Below, piece after piece: positions 47,313-57,692 of a DNA stretch of 64,000 nucleotides; within the stretch, counting starts at the first letter, position 1; each line of letters starts with the position of its first letter. The position numbers and the translations under genes are program-made. Location of the stretch: positions 1 to 64,000 of the forward strand of contig CAVYHE010000009.1 of the NCBI GenBank assembly GCA_963768305.1. Reading direction: 5' to 3'. This stretch comes from an uncultured bacterium (GTDB lineage Bacteria; Margulisbacteria; WOR-1; CAVSGV01). The notes under the pieces were generated by a model, which saw only the letters and a list, made by a program, of their open reading frames with translations, was not told the origin of the DNA and did no database searches.

Positions 47313-49795
47313 TATTTTCCTCCTTCCATGGAACATAGATCGCGGATCCTTGCAGAGTAAACATCCAGCAGCCTTCTGGCTTCCCTGTCGTCGGATGCTT
47401 CGGCCTGGACCATTATGGAGGGCGCATCGGTGTGAGGCAGGACCAGGACCCAGTCCTTTTTATGGTATATCTTCACGCCGTCGATCAGTTCCACGGGATT
47501 ATTCCCTGTTTCTTCAATGACCGATCTCATTATGCGCCCTTTTAAATTAGGCGCGCATTTGATATCGACCTTTGCCATGGAAGACCTGGGTATATCTTTT
47601 AAAACGGAGCTGACGGAACGACCTTCCTTTGAAAGATATTCCAGAAACTTTGCCCCTGAAAGCATCGCGTCAAATGAAACCTGGAATTTCGGGAATATGC
47701 ATCCTCCCGTCCGCTCACCGACGAATGAGATATCGTCCAGCGCGGCCGCTTCCATTAACGCTCTCGTGTTCGTCCTTGTCCTGATGACCCTTCCGTAGTG
47801 ATGCTTCGCTATTTCCTCTATCACCCTTGAGCTGGTGACAGGGACAGCTATCGTTCTTTTCGGGCCGTATTTCAGGGCGAGGAACGACATAAGCGCAAGA
47901 GTTTCATCTCCGGAAAGAATATGACCGGTTTCATCTACCAGGAATATTTTTTCGCCTCCGGCATCGAACATTATCCCAAAATCACTTTTTAATGTAGTAA
48001 CTATCTGCGAGACCTGGCGAAGCGAATTTTCAAATTCTTCCTTTGTTTTCGTTATCTTTGCTTCATCCACATGCGCGTTCAAGGCAATGACTTCGCTGCC
48101 AAATTCCCCGAGAATGGACGGGAATATCTGGGAAGTGCCGCCGTACGCGTAATCTATCACGAATTTACTTCTTTTTGAGCAAAGAGCATCCTTGTCCAGA
48201 AAATGCAAAAAACCTTCTTTATATTGCTCCGCTATCCGATAAAAAGGAAAGCTAAGCTCTCCAGTATCATCTATGCCCGGCCTCTGGAAATCTCCGCCGA
48301 AGAAAAGTCTTTCAACCATTTTTTCTTTAGATGCCGGCAGGTCCATCCCGTTCGAATCAAAGAATTTAATGTCCAGGACGGATGGATCGTACGGAGACTT
48401 CCTTACGTGGAATCCGCCGCCGCTTTTTAATGCCTTCAATTCATAGCGGTTGATTGGTATCGGCACCATTTCCAGGTCGGAAACATTCACCCCGGATGAA
48501 AGGACCCCGGAGATCAGCGCCCTGTAGATCATTCTGGATGTTTTATGGCTGTCCCTGCTTGTGGTCACATAGCTTCCTTTTCCAAGCATGTAGCCGAAAG
48601 CCGCTCCAAGAGTAGCGGCAAACTCAGGCGTTATTTCAACGTTCCCTATCCCCGTGACGCCGTATGCGCCGAATATTTTCTTGGCCCATCTTTCTCTCCA
48701 GACAATATTAGCCGATACTGTGGACCCTTCTTCTATGTTCTTGCCCGGCCAGATCTTTACGAACGGTTTCACGCGCGAGTCGGGACCGAACGTGCAGTCG
48801 CTGGCGATCACCGAGCCTTCTTCAAGAACGGAGTTCTCGCCGATGGAAGAGTTGGATGCGATCACGGACCTTTCGACGCTTGCGCTCTTCCCTATCCTGA
48901 CATTGTCCCATAATATGCTTCTTTTAATTACAGCTCCGCGGGAGATCTCGCAGTTATTTCCGGCAAAAGAATTTTCAAGCACAACATCGTCGCCTATGAC
49001 ACATCCATCACCAAGAATGACACAACCTGTCAGTTTGGCGGACGGGGAGATCGTCACATTGCGCCCCATCTTTGCGATATCAAGATTGATTTTCCCTTCG
49101 GCCATGTCCATATGACTGCTTTCGTACTCCGAAAGCCCGCCAATGTCCTTCCAGTATCCTTCAGCCACATGACCGTACATCAGCTCCCTGTCGTTAAGCA
49201 GTTTCGGGAAAAGGTCCTTGCTGAAATCATATTCCTTGCTGTCCGGAATGCTCCTTAAAGCGGCCGGATTGATTATGTATATCCCCGTATTGATGGTGTC
49301 GGTTAAAACTTCGCCCCATGTCGGTTTTTCAATAAAATGCTTTATTCTTCCGTCGCCGTTCGTGATGACGATCCCGTAAGGAAGAGGATTTTCGACATGT
49401 GAAAGCGCCAGGGTGACCAGAGCCTTTTTGTTCTTATGAAAATCAATGATACTCTTGAGATCAAAGTCGCAGATCACGTCAGCAGACATGACAATGAAAG
49501 TTTCATCAAAAACCTGCTCGGCATACTTTATCGCTCCGGCAGTCCCCATGTCTTTCGGGGCAACAACATAGCTCATTTTTACTCCGAACGCGCTTCCATC
49601 GCCAAAATGGTCCCTTATCACTTCCGGTTGATGATAAAGTATGGCCACAATTTCCGTTATCCCGTTACGCGAAAGAAGATTTATCAGATGCTCCATGATC
49701 GGCTTGTTCGCAAAAGGGAGCATGGGCTTGGGAATATTGCAAGTAAGCGGATGCATCCTTGTTCCCATCCCGCCCGCAAGTATCGCAGCTTTCAT
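47312..49795 (-). CDS. Nucleotidyltransferase + hexapeptide + phosphohexomutase-like fusion (mannose-1-P guanylyltransferase/PMM family)
   Basis: ILAGGMGTRMHPLT..PKPM, FIEKP, YWKDIG; C-half FGAYGVTG..NVEITPEFA, IDGVKI..WVLVLP. Confidence 0.9.
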   Translation of the reverse strand: MKAAILAGGMGTRMHPLTCNIPKPMLPFANKPIMEHLINLLSRNGITEIVAILYHQPEVIRDHFGDGSAFGVKMSYVVAPKDMGTAGAIKYAEQVFDETFIVMSADVICDFDLKSIIDFHKNKKALVTLALSHVENPLPYGIVITNGDGRIKHFIEKPTWGEVLTDTINTGIYIINPAALRSIPDSKEYDFSKDLFPKLLNDRELMYGHVAEGYWKDIGGLSEYESSHMDMAEGKINLDIAKMGRNVTISPSAKLTGCVILGDGCVIGDDVVLENSFAGNNCEISRGAVIKRSILWDNVRIGKSASVERSVIASNSSIGENSVLEEGSVIASDCTFGPDSRVKPFVKIWPGKNIEEGSTVSANIVWRERWAKKIFGAYGVTGIGNVEITPEFAATLGAAFGYMLGKGSYVTTSRDSHKTSRMIYRALISGVLSSGVNVSDLEMVPIPINRYELKALKSGGGFHVRKSPYDPSVLDIKFFDSNGMDLPASKEKMVERLFFGGDFQRPGIDDTGELSFPFYRIAEQYKEGFLHFLDKDALCSKRSKFVIDYAYGGTSQIFPSILGEFGSEVIALNAHVDEAKITKTKEEFENSLRQVSQIVTTLKSDFGIMFDAGGEKIFLVDETGHILSGDETLALMSFLALKYGPKRTIAVPVTSSRVIEEIAKHHYGRVIRTRTNTRALMEAAALDDISFVGERTGGCIFPKFQVSFDAMLSGAKFLEYLSKEGRSVSSVLKDIPRSSMAKVDIKCAPNLKGRIMRSVIEETGNNPVELIDGVKIYHKKDWVLVLPHTDAPSIMVQAEASDDREARRLLDVYSARIRDLCSMEGGK

Positions 49796-51384
49796 ACTTT
49801 CTCCTCCGCGTACATCCTGTGATCGATCCCGGGAAAAATGTTATCCCGGTATTCTATATCAGAAAGCCATTTCCCATCAATGGAATTCTCGTTTATCCGG
49901 TCGTATAATCCCGTGAATCTTTCAAGGTGGTCTTTTATCCTTTTGACCGCATACGGGACCACGGTCCCCGTTTTCATTATAAAAGGCCAGTCGCTTGCTT
50001 CCAGGAGCAAAAGCTCCCTCGCGGCCTGGTCCAGCGCTCTCTTCATTATCCCCGAAGCGCCTGGATGATTTTTTGCTAGTTCGACCATTCTTTCCTGAGC
50101 CTTATGAATATGCCGGTAGATCCAGTCGTTGGATCCCTCAAGCCACACCTCACTGTATCCTTTCCATCCCCATGACGACATTGACGGAGTGATGACCTGA
50201 TTCCTCGGATTTTCCTGAAGATACTGCGACGGCGTTATCAATCTGATCGTATCTTGATCATAAGCTATTTTTCTGAAAAGGTAATTAAGCCACAAAGGAC
50301 CCTCATACCACCAGTGGCCGTAAAGCTCCGCGTCATATGGAGAAACCACTATCGGCTTCTTCTGCATGCAGTCATACAGGTATTCGATCTGTTTCTGGCG
50401 GTTGAACATGAAATTGCCCGCGTGATCGGCCGCCGTTCGGGCAGCCCCGTCCGGATCGTAAGGTTGCTTATCCGCAGTATCGCCTGTGATCTTGAAATAT
50501 TTTATCCCTGTGCTGGCGCGCGAACCATCAGGATTTATGTACGGTTTAATATAATCAAAGTCGAGGTCGAACCCGATATCCCTGTAGAATTCCCTGTAAA
50601 CGTAATCACCGGGGTATCCTTCTTCAGCGCTCCATACCGCGCGTGAAGATTCTACGTCCCTTCCGAAAGCCGCAACACCGCTCTTTGTGAACACCGGAGC
50701 GAAGACGCCGTATTTCGGCCTGGGCGACCCGTGAAGTATCCCGTGAGTATCGACAAAAAAATATTTGACGCCGAATTCAGCCAGATATTTGTCATCCGGC
50801 GGATTATATCCGCATTCCGGGAACCACATCCCGGCGGGTCCCCTTCCGAAAAACGTCCTGAAAAGGTCCACGGCGGTCTTTATCTGCGCGCGGACGGCCG
50901 CTTTATTGATCTCGAAAAGCGGCAGATAGCCGTGGGTCGCCGCGCAGGTAATGACCTCAACACAACCGGAATCGTTCAATTTCCTGAAAGCATTTATAAG
51001 GTTCCTGTGGTTTTTATCTACAAAAACATATCTTGCTCTCCTGAACCGGTCAAGATACATTTTTGCAAGCCTGTTAAATTCGGGCTGATGCTTCGTTCTT
51101 TCGCACTCGCGCTCGCCAAGCTCGATCAATCTTTCAAGATGTTTGAGGTACCTTTTCTGCAGAAGTTCATCATTGAACATTGAAAGGAGCGTCGGAGAAA
51201 GCGAGATAGTGATCTTGAATTTCACCCCGTCATTGATAAGGTTCTCAAAAGTGTCGATGAGAGGGATATATGTTTCCGTTATCGCCTCGTAGAGCCAGTC
51301 CTCTTCCAGGAATTCCTCGTGTTCGGGATGGCGCACAAAAGGAAGATGCGCATGCAAAACGATAGATAGATATCCTTTTTCCAT
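49792..51384 (-). CDS. GH57 1,4-alpha-glucan branching enzyme (DUF1957)
   Basis: LHAHLPFVRHPE, EAITETYIPL, ATHGYLP, WFPECGY, YDAELYGHWWYEG, LEASDWPFI. Confidence 0.93.
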   Translation of the reverse strand: MEKGYLSIVLHAHLPFVRHPEHEEFLEEDWLYEAITETYIPLIDTFENLINDGVKFKITISLSPTLLSMFNDELLQKRYLKHLERLIELGERECERTKHQPEFNRLAKMYLDRFRRARYVFVDKNHRNLINAFRKLNDSGCVEVITCAATHGYLPLFEINKAAVRAQIKTAVDLFRTFFGRGPAGMWFPECGYNPPDDKYLAEFGVKYFFVDTHGILHGSPRPKYGVFAPVFTKSGVAAFGRDVESSRAVWSAEEGYPGDYVYREFYRDIGFDLDFDYIKPYINPDGSRASTGIKYFKITGDTADKQPYDPDGAARTAADHAGNFMFNRQKQIEYLYDCMQKKPIVVSPYDAELYGHWWYEGPLWLNYLFRKIAYDQDTIRLITPSQYLQENPRNQVITPSMSSWGWKGYSEVWLEGSNDWIYRHIHKAQERMVELAKNHPGASGIMKRALDQAARELLLLEASDWPFIMKTGTVVPYAVKRIKDHLERFTGLYDRINENSIDGKWLSDIEYRDNIFPGIDHRMYAEEKV

Positions 51385-51397
51385 GAGAGGGAGTTCC

Positions 51398-51946
51398 TTA
51401 TTTTGGGCGCTTGCCGGGGCTGCTAGGGGACGAAGCCCAGCCAGAAGATCTCATTTCCATTAGATGCTTTTTCATCAGCTGCTTTATCTCGCCGGAACTT
51501 TTGCCTATGCCGAATCCGCCGGAAAGCGCGTACATACGATCAAAATCAACGGTCATCCATTCTTCGTCTATTACATCGGACATGCCGTCCCTGGGCGTGG
51601 TCACGGCATTCGACCTTGCCATGACAATGAATCTTCCGTCGGAGGAAAGGAATCCTATATCGACCAAGTATGAGCGGTTCGCTTCCGGAACATTGATGTA
51701 CCAGTTCCTTGATCCATAAGAAGTTTGAATGTCAAAATATTTCCATGGCTGGCTGGATGCATCGAAAACCCTGAGCATCTCTTTCGAATTGTTCACGGCA
51801 TTTCCGAGTATGTTCCTTACCTCGTTATACTTGCTCTCAGTAATTTCCCAGTAAGCATGGACCCAGTGCGGATCTCGCACCATAAGAACGATCTTATCCT
51901 TGCCATAAGAGGCGGGGAAATTGAATTCTTTTTTACCAATTGCCAT
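51398..51946 (-). CDS. DUF4912-domain protein
   Basis: YGKDKIVLMVRDPHWVHAYWE, RNWYI, ARSN.VTTP. Confidence 0.85.
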   Translation of the reverse strand: MAIGKKEFNFPASYGKDKIVLMVRDPHWVHAYWEITESKYNEVRNILGNAVNNSKEMLRVFDASSQPWKYFDIQTSYGSRNWYINVPEANRSYLVDIGFLSSDGRFIVMARSNAVTTPRDGMSDVIDEEWMTVDFDRMYALSGGFGIGKSSGEIKQLMKKHLMEMRSSGWASSPSSPGKRPK

Positions 51947-52221
51947 TAATTCACCCTAAGGATAGAATTCTCACTCCCGAAAGAATTGGCGATATGCTCC
52001 GTTGACGGATCGGTATACCAATTACCGTCCAGCAAGAACCTGTATTGATGCTCTCCGGGTTCCGCTTTTATGGAAGCTGTCCATTCTCCGCTCTTTCCGG
52101 ACCTGGCCATGTAGATCGCTCCTTTATCCCAATTTGTAAAATCGCCCGCGATCTTAACCTCATTAACATTCTTCGGCGCACGGAATTTGATCATTACGGA
52201 CCTCTTTTTGCTTGCAGCCAT
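51946..52221 (-). CDS. Stand-alone glycogen-binding CBM48 / isoamylase early-set domain
   Basis: EVKIAGDFTNW, PGEHQYRFLLDG.W..DP, NSFGSENS; GGAGG SD. Confidence 0.88.
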   Translation of the reverse strand: MAASKKRSVMIKFRAPKNVNEVKIAGDFTNWDKGAIYMARSGKSGEWTASIKAEPGEHQYRFLLDGNWYTDPSTEHIANSFGSENSILRVN

Positions 52222-52301
52222 TTTTAACACCTCCTTTTTTAATCTTATCTTCGTCATTATTCTTGTTCCTTTTCCCTGATTAAGTGCATCATAGCTTTCA
52301 A

Positions 52302-53336
52302 TCAGATCTTTGTCTCTCTCAGATACTTCGCGGCTTCTTCCGGAGGAGTCGGGCAGATGTACAGGCCCGTTCCCCACTCAAAACCGGCGACCTTCGTCAG
52401 CCTGGGTATTATTTCTATGTGCCAGTGAAAATCAAACTGAACTGTCCCCCAGTAATCCGGCTTGCCCGGCCTCGGCACTGGGTTCGGCGAAGTATGTATC
52501 ATATAATTGAACGGCGGATCGTTCAGGCACTTTTTAAGCCGGATCATTGTTTCCTTCATGAGCTTGGCCAGCTGTAAGCGCTCTTCATCGGAAATAATGG
52601 AAAAGTTATGCTGATGCCGCCTGGGAAGGATCCATATCTCAAAAGGGAACCTTGACGCAAAAGGAGTGAAGCTGACAAAATATTCGTTCTCTGAAACAAT
52701 ACGGGTGCCGTCGCCCATTTCCTGCCTTATCATATCGCAGAAAATGCAGCGCTCTTTTTCATGGAAATATTGCCTGCAGCCGGTCAGCTCCAGCTTAATG
52801 TATCTGGGTGTTATCGGGGTGGCGATCAGCTGTGAATGCGAGTGCTCCAGGGAGGCTCCCGCCGCTTCTCCGTAGTTCTTGAAAACCAGAACATATCTGA
52901 ACCTCTTATCCTTTTCAAGATCGGCGATCCTGTTCTTGTACGCCCACAATATCTTATCTATTTGGATCTCGTCCATGTCGGCAAGGTTCTCGCCGTGTTT
53001 CGGGGTCTCTATTATTACTTCATGTGCGCCTATCCCGCTCATCATGTCGAATATGCCTATCCCTGTCCTGTTGACCTCTCCCTCCACGACCAGCGCGGGG
53101 AATTTATTCGAGGTCACCCTTACGGACCATCCCGGCTTGTTCGGCTCTGACCCGGGTGTTCTCCAGGCGACGATCTCCCTGGGGGTTTTTGCTTCTTCTC
53201 CTTCGCAGAAAGGGCAATATTTCCCTTCCGTAACCTTTCCCGCCCCGCCTTCCTTGAAATCCGAAGGACGCCTTCCCCTCTCGGTCGCAATAATGACCCA
53301 CCTGTCCGATACGGGGTCTTTTCTAAGTTCCGGCAT
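52302..53336 (-). CDS. galT: GalT-family nucleotidyltransferase
   Basis: ELRKDP..RWVIIATER..RP, CPFC, NKFPAL, G.HEVIIE, GASLEHSHSQ, FHWHIEI.P. Confidence 0.92.
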   Translation of the reverse strand: MPELRKDPVSDRWVIIATERGRRPSDFKEGGAGKVTEGKYCPFCEGEEAKTPREIVAWRTPGSEPNKPGWSVRVTSNKFPALVVEGEVNRTGIGIFDMMSGIGAHEVIIETPKHGENLADMDEIQIDKILWAYKNRIADLEKDKRFRYVLVFKNYGEAAGASLEHSHSQLIATPITPRYIKLELTGCRQYFHEKERCIFCDMIRQEMGDGTRIVSENEYFVSFTPFASRFPFEIWILPRRHQHNFSIISDEERLQLAKLMKETMIRLKKCLNDPPFNYMIHTSPNPVPRPGKPDYWGTVQFDFHWHIEIIPRLTKVAGFEWGTGLYICPTPPEEAAKYLRETKI

Positions 53337-53347
53337 TAAATCCCTCC

Positions 53348-55506
53348 TTATTCTATTGTAAGCTTAATATCGTTGACCCATTTCCCGCCCGGCTTGATAA
53401 TGATCTCCTTATTTGGAAGTATGAGGGAGCTCTGGTATGTCCTCTCATACCCCTCCTCCGACTGGGAAACGGTTTCGATAGGAAATCTCCAAAGCCTGTC
53501 GAGCCCGGCGGATTCCAATGATACACTAAATCCCTTCCATCCGTCAATTATATTAAGAGCGGAGCAGTTTTCAATTTCTCCGATGCTCGCCATTTTGACA
53601 TCGCTGACGTTCTTTCCCGGAAAGACAAAATATCTGTCAGGAGCGCTGCCCGCCAGCATCGAGAAGTTAAATTCGACCCCGAACACAACATCCAGGACTT
53701 CCTGTGATTGATTAACGATCTCATATTTAACATTGATCAGCGACTGGCCCTTCATAATGGATATGATCTTCAAGATCTCTATCGGCAGGACCCGCTTGCC
53801 GATAAACACGTTCCCTTTTCTTTTCAGTTTCAGTTCGACTTCGCTCCCTGATTTTTTCACCATAGCGGAATAGGGCTCCGTCACAAAATCGCCGATCTCC
53901 CTGTATCTCACTTTCATGAATTCATCCAATCTTGTATCGGACGGCATGAAATGGTCCTGGAAGCTGAGCCGCCTGTGCCAGTCATAATTAAGATGCTCTT
54001 CCAGCCCCGGTTCCTTGGCTCTTTCCAGATCATGGATGCTGGGAACGCCGACATTCACTGTCTTTTCGGCTCCGGCCCGGATCTTCTTATGATATATTTC
54101 TTCTCTTCTCGCCAGGCCGTTCAATAGATTGAAAGATTTCGGCCTGTAATCCAGCTCAAAAAGGCATCCGCCGTACGAGGGGCAAAAGTAGCAGTTCATA
54201 AGGTCGCTGCTGACAAGTATCTCGTCGCTGCCGTCCCTGTCAAGATCGAAAGATCTGACCTCGATGAACTTCTGGCCGCCGTAAGAGATCTTGTCCGCTT
54301 CCACTTCTGCGGATATAAGGTTTTCATAAAGGGCGAAGCGAAGATTATTAAGATACAGCCCCCCGAAAACCCCGTGCCAGAAAGCATCGTTGCACTGCCC
54401 TTTCATCAGCGATTGTTTTGCGCTGTTTTATGCTGTTATCCCTTGATTGTGAAGACAATCCAAGCTTTTTTCCTTTGCCCAATGTTGCTATTTTTTCGCT
54501 TACATAAAGCATCTTCTTGTGGATGTTGTTGCTCTCGGGATATTTGGCGAAGAAATTCCTGAAGAACCCGCCGCGGACGAACTGCTTGTATTCATCGTAT
54601 TTTCCGAAAGACTTAAGCTCCTCCACCATCTTCTCATATTTAAATCCCGCTTTCACCGGCAGGGCCCATTCCATCATCTCCGCGTAGGACGCCGAGGGCA
54701 GATATATCCTTCCCGCAGGCCTTGTGCTCATCGATGTATTGCGAGAATGTCATTGTTCTTATGATATCCCTGTTGTCTTCAAGCGCTTTCAAAAAATTCT
54801 CAAGCCATCTGTCGTCATAGACCCACTTATGAGTTCCCGGCCAGACGCCGAATTTTTCCCCGTCATCCGCAAGTACCGCGGCGCGCGACCCGTCCTCAGT
54901 GGCGATGCCTTTAAGGTAATCGATGGTCTCCTGGGGCATCTTGAACGGGACAAAATAGCGAAGTTGCTTGCTTATGGGAAAGACATTGAGCTTGTATCCT
55001 TCTTCCTCCGTCACGTAATATCCGAAAAGATCTTTTTCATCCGCGCCCGCGGAGATGAAATGATAATCATCCACAGCGATGTATTCTATCTTCGCCAGGT
55101 TCAATTGTTTGGCAAGCTGCGGCTCCCATACGCGCTCAGCCAGCCACAGCCCCCTCGGGTCCGCGTGGAAATTCTTCTTGATGAAATCCGACTCCATTTC
55201 GATCTGAGCCTGCTTATCCTCATCGGGAATGACCGAAAGCAGAGGTTCATAAAATCCTCCGGACATTATCTCCAGCTGGCCTTTTTTCACCAGTGCTTTC
55301 AATTTCTCAATGAACTCGGGATGTTTTTCGGAGAACCATTCATATAATATGCCGCTGTAGTGCGCGGTGAAGCGTATCGTCGGGTGTTTCTCCATTGTTT
55401 CAATGAAAGGCAAATATGCATCCTGATATGCTTTTTCTATGACCTCCGGAAAATTCCCCACAGGCTGATGGCAGTGTATCCCGAATAAAAAGTTGACTGT
55501 TTTCAA
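53348..55506 (-). CDS. GH57 alpha-amylase/4-alpha-glucanotransferase (DUF1925/1926), frameshifts near 54725 and 54410
   Basis: HCHQPVGN, GGFYEP, WLAERVWEP, DDGEKFG.WPGT, SY.EMMEW, QCNDAFWHGVFGGLY, ETVSQSE.GYE. Confidence 0.9.
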
Positions 55507-55507
55507 G

Positions 55508-57688
55508 CTACACGCTCCATTGCATTTCCTCGTAATCAGGCCCGGGGACGCGGATGCTGATGCTCCCTCCCCTTGGCCACCTTTCAAGCTCCTGGCCGTC
55601 TTTCTCAATAACGACCACGAACTGGACATTATCATTGACCGCGGCACCAATCTCCGAAAATGGGACCCCCATCTCGACTATTTGACCCACCCCGACTGAA
55701 TCGACGGTTTTGACGATATTCCAGCGGTCGCCGTCCAGTTTGCATATCTCCAGCACATATTTCCCTTCCTCTTTTCTGAAGGAAGCTTTGGACTTAAAAT
55801 GACCGGGATGCGTAACAAGCAGCGAATAAGAAAAATCCTTTATTCCCGGATCGCGCATGTTGACGTTCATGTCCAGCCGGACGAAAAGGTTTTCGGTGTC
55901 AAATCCGTAATATATCTCCTTTATCATGTTCTCCGACTGATGCATGGCGCCTTTCATCTTCTCAATGTCATACAATCCTGCGGCAAGCCATTCATAAAAA
56001 TTCGTTATCTCGCCGTCAAGCACGGGCTTTAAGATGTAAGCGGGTTCTCTGATCGGTTTTATGGCGGTTACATGTTTTATCGGCACGTCCAGATATTGCG
56101 GATACGGTTTTCCTATAATATTGTAAATATTCTTAAGATGCTTCCTGAAAAGAAGGTCAAAGGTTTCATCGTTGTCGGAAGAATGGTCGTCGCCGAACCA
56201 CCAGCACCAGTCACTCCCTTCCGCGATATAAAATTCCTTCCACGCTGTTTTATCCTGTGATCCCGAGCCTGTCAGCGCCATCCTCGCGCTGTTCAAATAA
56301 TCCCATGCTTTATTATCTTCTTCGTGCCCTATCCACACCCTGAAATTATGATTGATCCATGAACCGGAGAACAAATGAGGAAGCTGTTTCTCCGGCGGAT
56401 TTTCAGCGAGAAAATCGCGGACGCGGACCGTCCTGATGTCCGGATCGTTCGAGAGGCGTGTATACAGCTCGGTCAAGAAATCCCATCCGTTGTTCCTGTA
56501 ATATTCCCACGCATTCTCGCCGTCCAATATGATGCTGACAAGATAATTTTTCCCGTCATCGGGAAGCGAATCCTTTATGTTCTTCAGGTGCGTAATGAGA
56601 TCGGAGGCCGCGTCCTTGGGCCCCCATTTAGAATACATGAATCCGACAAGGTCCGAAAGATTGTGGTCCCGGAATATGATGTCCAGCTCGCAGTCATCCC
56701 TCTTAAGATGGTACGGGATGAAAAGTTCGCTTGAGGACATCGTTCTTGTCCTCACATCGCTCCTCCCCAGCGACCTGACAAGTACCTCCTCGTCGGTGGC
56801 GATCCATTTGATCCCCGCCCTGTTCACTATCGGCAGTATTTCTTCGGAAACAGACCCTTCCGACGGCCACATTCCGACCGGCGAAGAGCCGAACTGGTCC
56901 TGCATATACTTGACAGCCTCATTCACCTGATAAGCCGCATCCTCAGGATGCCTGAACCTGTTTTGCGGAAGTTTGATCGAAGGGAGCGCAACTTTCGCGG
57001 AATTCGTGTCGATCAATAACGGAAGAATGGGATGATAGTATGGCGTTACGGTTATCTCTATCTGTTTTTTCTGCTGCAGTTCTTTATATTTCGGAATGAC
57101 CATTGATATCAATTCTTTTTGTTTGTTAAGCAGAGAGGTCTTGTCCTCTTCCGTGAAGTTCTTCCCTTTTTCAAGAAGAGATCTTATGACCGGATCTTTT
57201 GTTTTGTAGATATGACCGAACCAGGTGAGATTGAACCAGACCTGAAGGTCCAGGAACTCCTGGTCCGTAAAACGCTTCGCTACGCTTTTTATATCATCCA
57301 GGGTAACGAACCTTCCGCGCTTCAGAAGCAGATCGTTGTACCTTTTATACGGGTGGACCATCGTATCCCAGTTCGCCATGAAGAAATTCTGGAGGATAAA
57401 AACTTTTTCTTCCTGCGACAGGTCGTTCGGATGCTTTGTCGTAACGGACAAATGCCTATCGATAGCCGTCCCGTTCGAATACTCGTTCATTTGCTCCAGA
57501 AGCGATGGGACCAGATTGAATGTCTGCTTGATATCCCCGAAACCGTCGAGGATGGCGACCATATCATAATAATCTTTTATGGCATGCAACCGCACCCACG
57601 GCAGGACATACTGGCCCGTGACCAGATCCTTGTAGAACGGCTGATGCATGTGCCAGACAAAAGCTATGTTAAGGGGCGGTTTAGGCAA
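55508..57688 (-). CDS. GH57 amylopullulanase-like glycoside hydrolase
   Basis: WHMHQPFY, PWVRLHA.KDY, PYYHPILPLL, WPSEGSVS, LDGENAWE, GSWI, AEGSDWCWW. Confidence 0.92.
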   Translation of the reverse strand: MPKPPLNIAFVWHMHQPFYKDLVTGQYVLPWVRLHAIKDYYDMVAILDGFGDIKQTFNLVPSLLEQMNEYSNGTAIDRHLSVTTKHPNDLSQEEKVFILQNFFMANWDTMVHPYKRYNDLLLKRGRFVTLDDIKSVAKRFTDQEFLDLQVWFNLTWFGHIYKTKDPVIRSLLEKGKNFTEEDKTSLLNKQKELISMVIPKYKELQQKKQIEITVTPYYHPILPLLIDTNSAKVALPSIKLPQNRFRHPEDAAYQVNEAVKYMQDQFGSSPVGMWPSEGSVSEEILPIVNRAGIKWIATDEEVLVRSLGRSDVRTRTMSSSELFIPYHLKRDDCELDIIFRDHNLSDLVGFMYSKWGPKDAASDLITHLKNIKDSLPDDGKNYLVSIILDGENAWEYYRNNGWDFLTELYTRLSNDPDIRTVRVRDFLAENPPEKQLPHLFSGSWINHNFRVWIGHEEDNKAWDYLNSARMALTGSGSQDKTAWKEFYIAEGSDWCWWFGDDHSSDNDETFDLLFRKHLKNIYNIIGKPYPQYLDVPIKHVTAIKPIREPAYILKPVLDGEITNFYEWLAAGLYDIEKMKGAMHQSENMIKEIYYGFDTENLFVRLDMNVNMRDPGIKDFSYSLLVTHPGHFKSKASFRKEEGKYVLEICKLDGDRWNIVKTVDSVGVGQIVEMGVPFSEIGAAVNDNVQFVVVIEKDGQELERWPRGGSISIRVPGPDYEEMQWSV

Positions 57689-57692
57689 TTAT

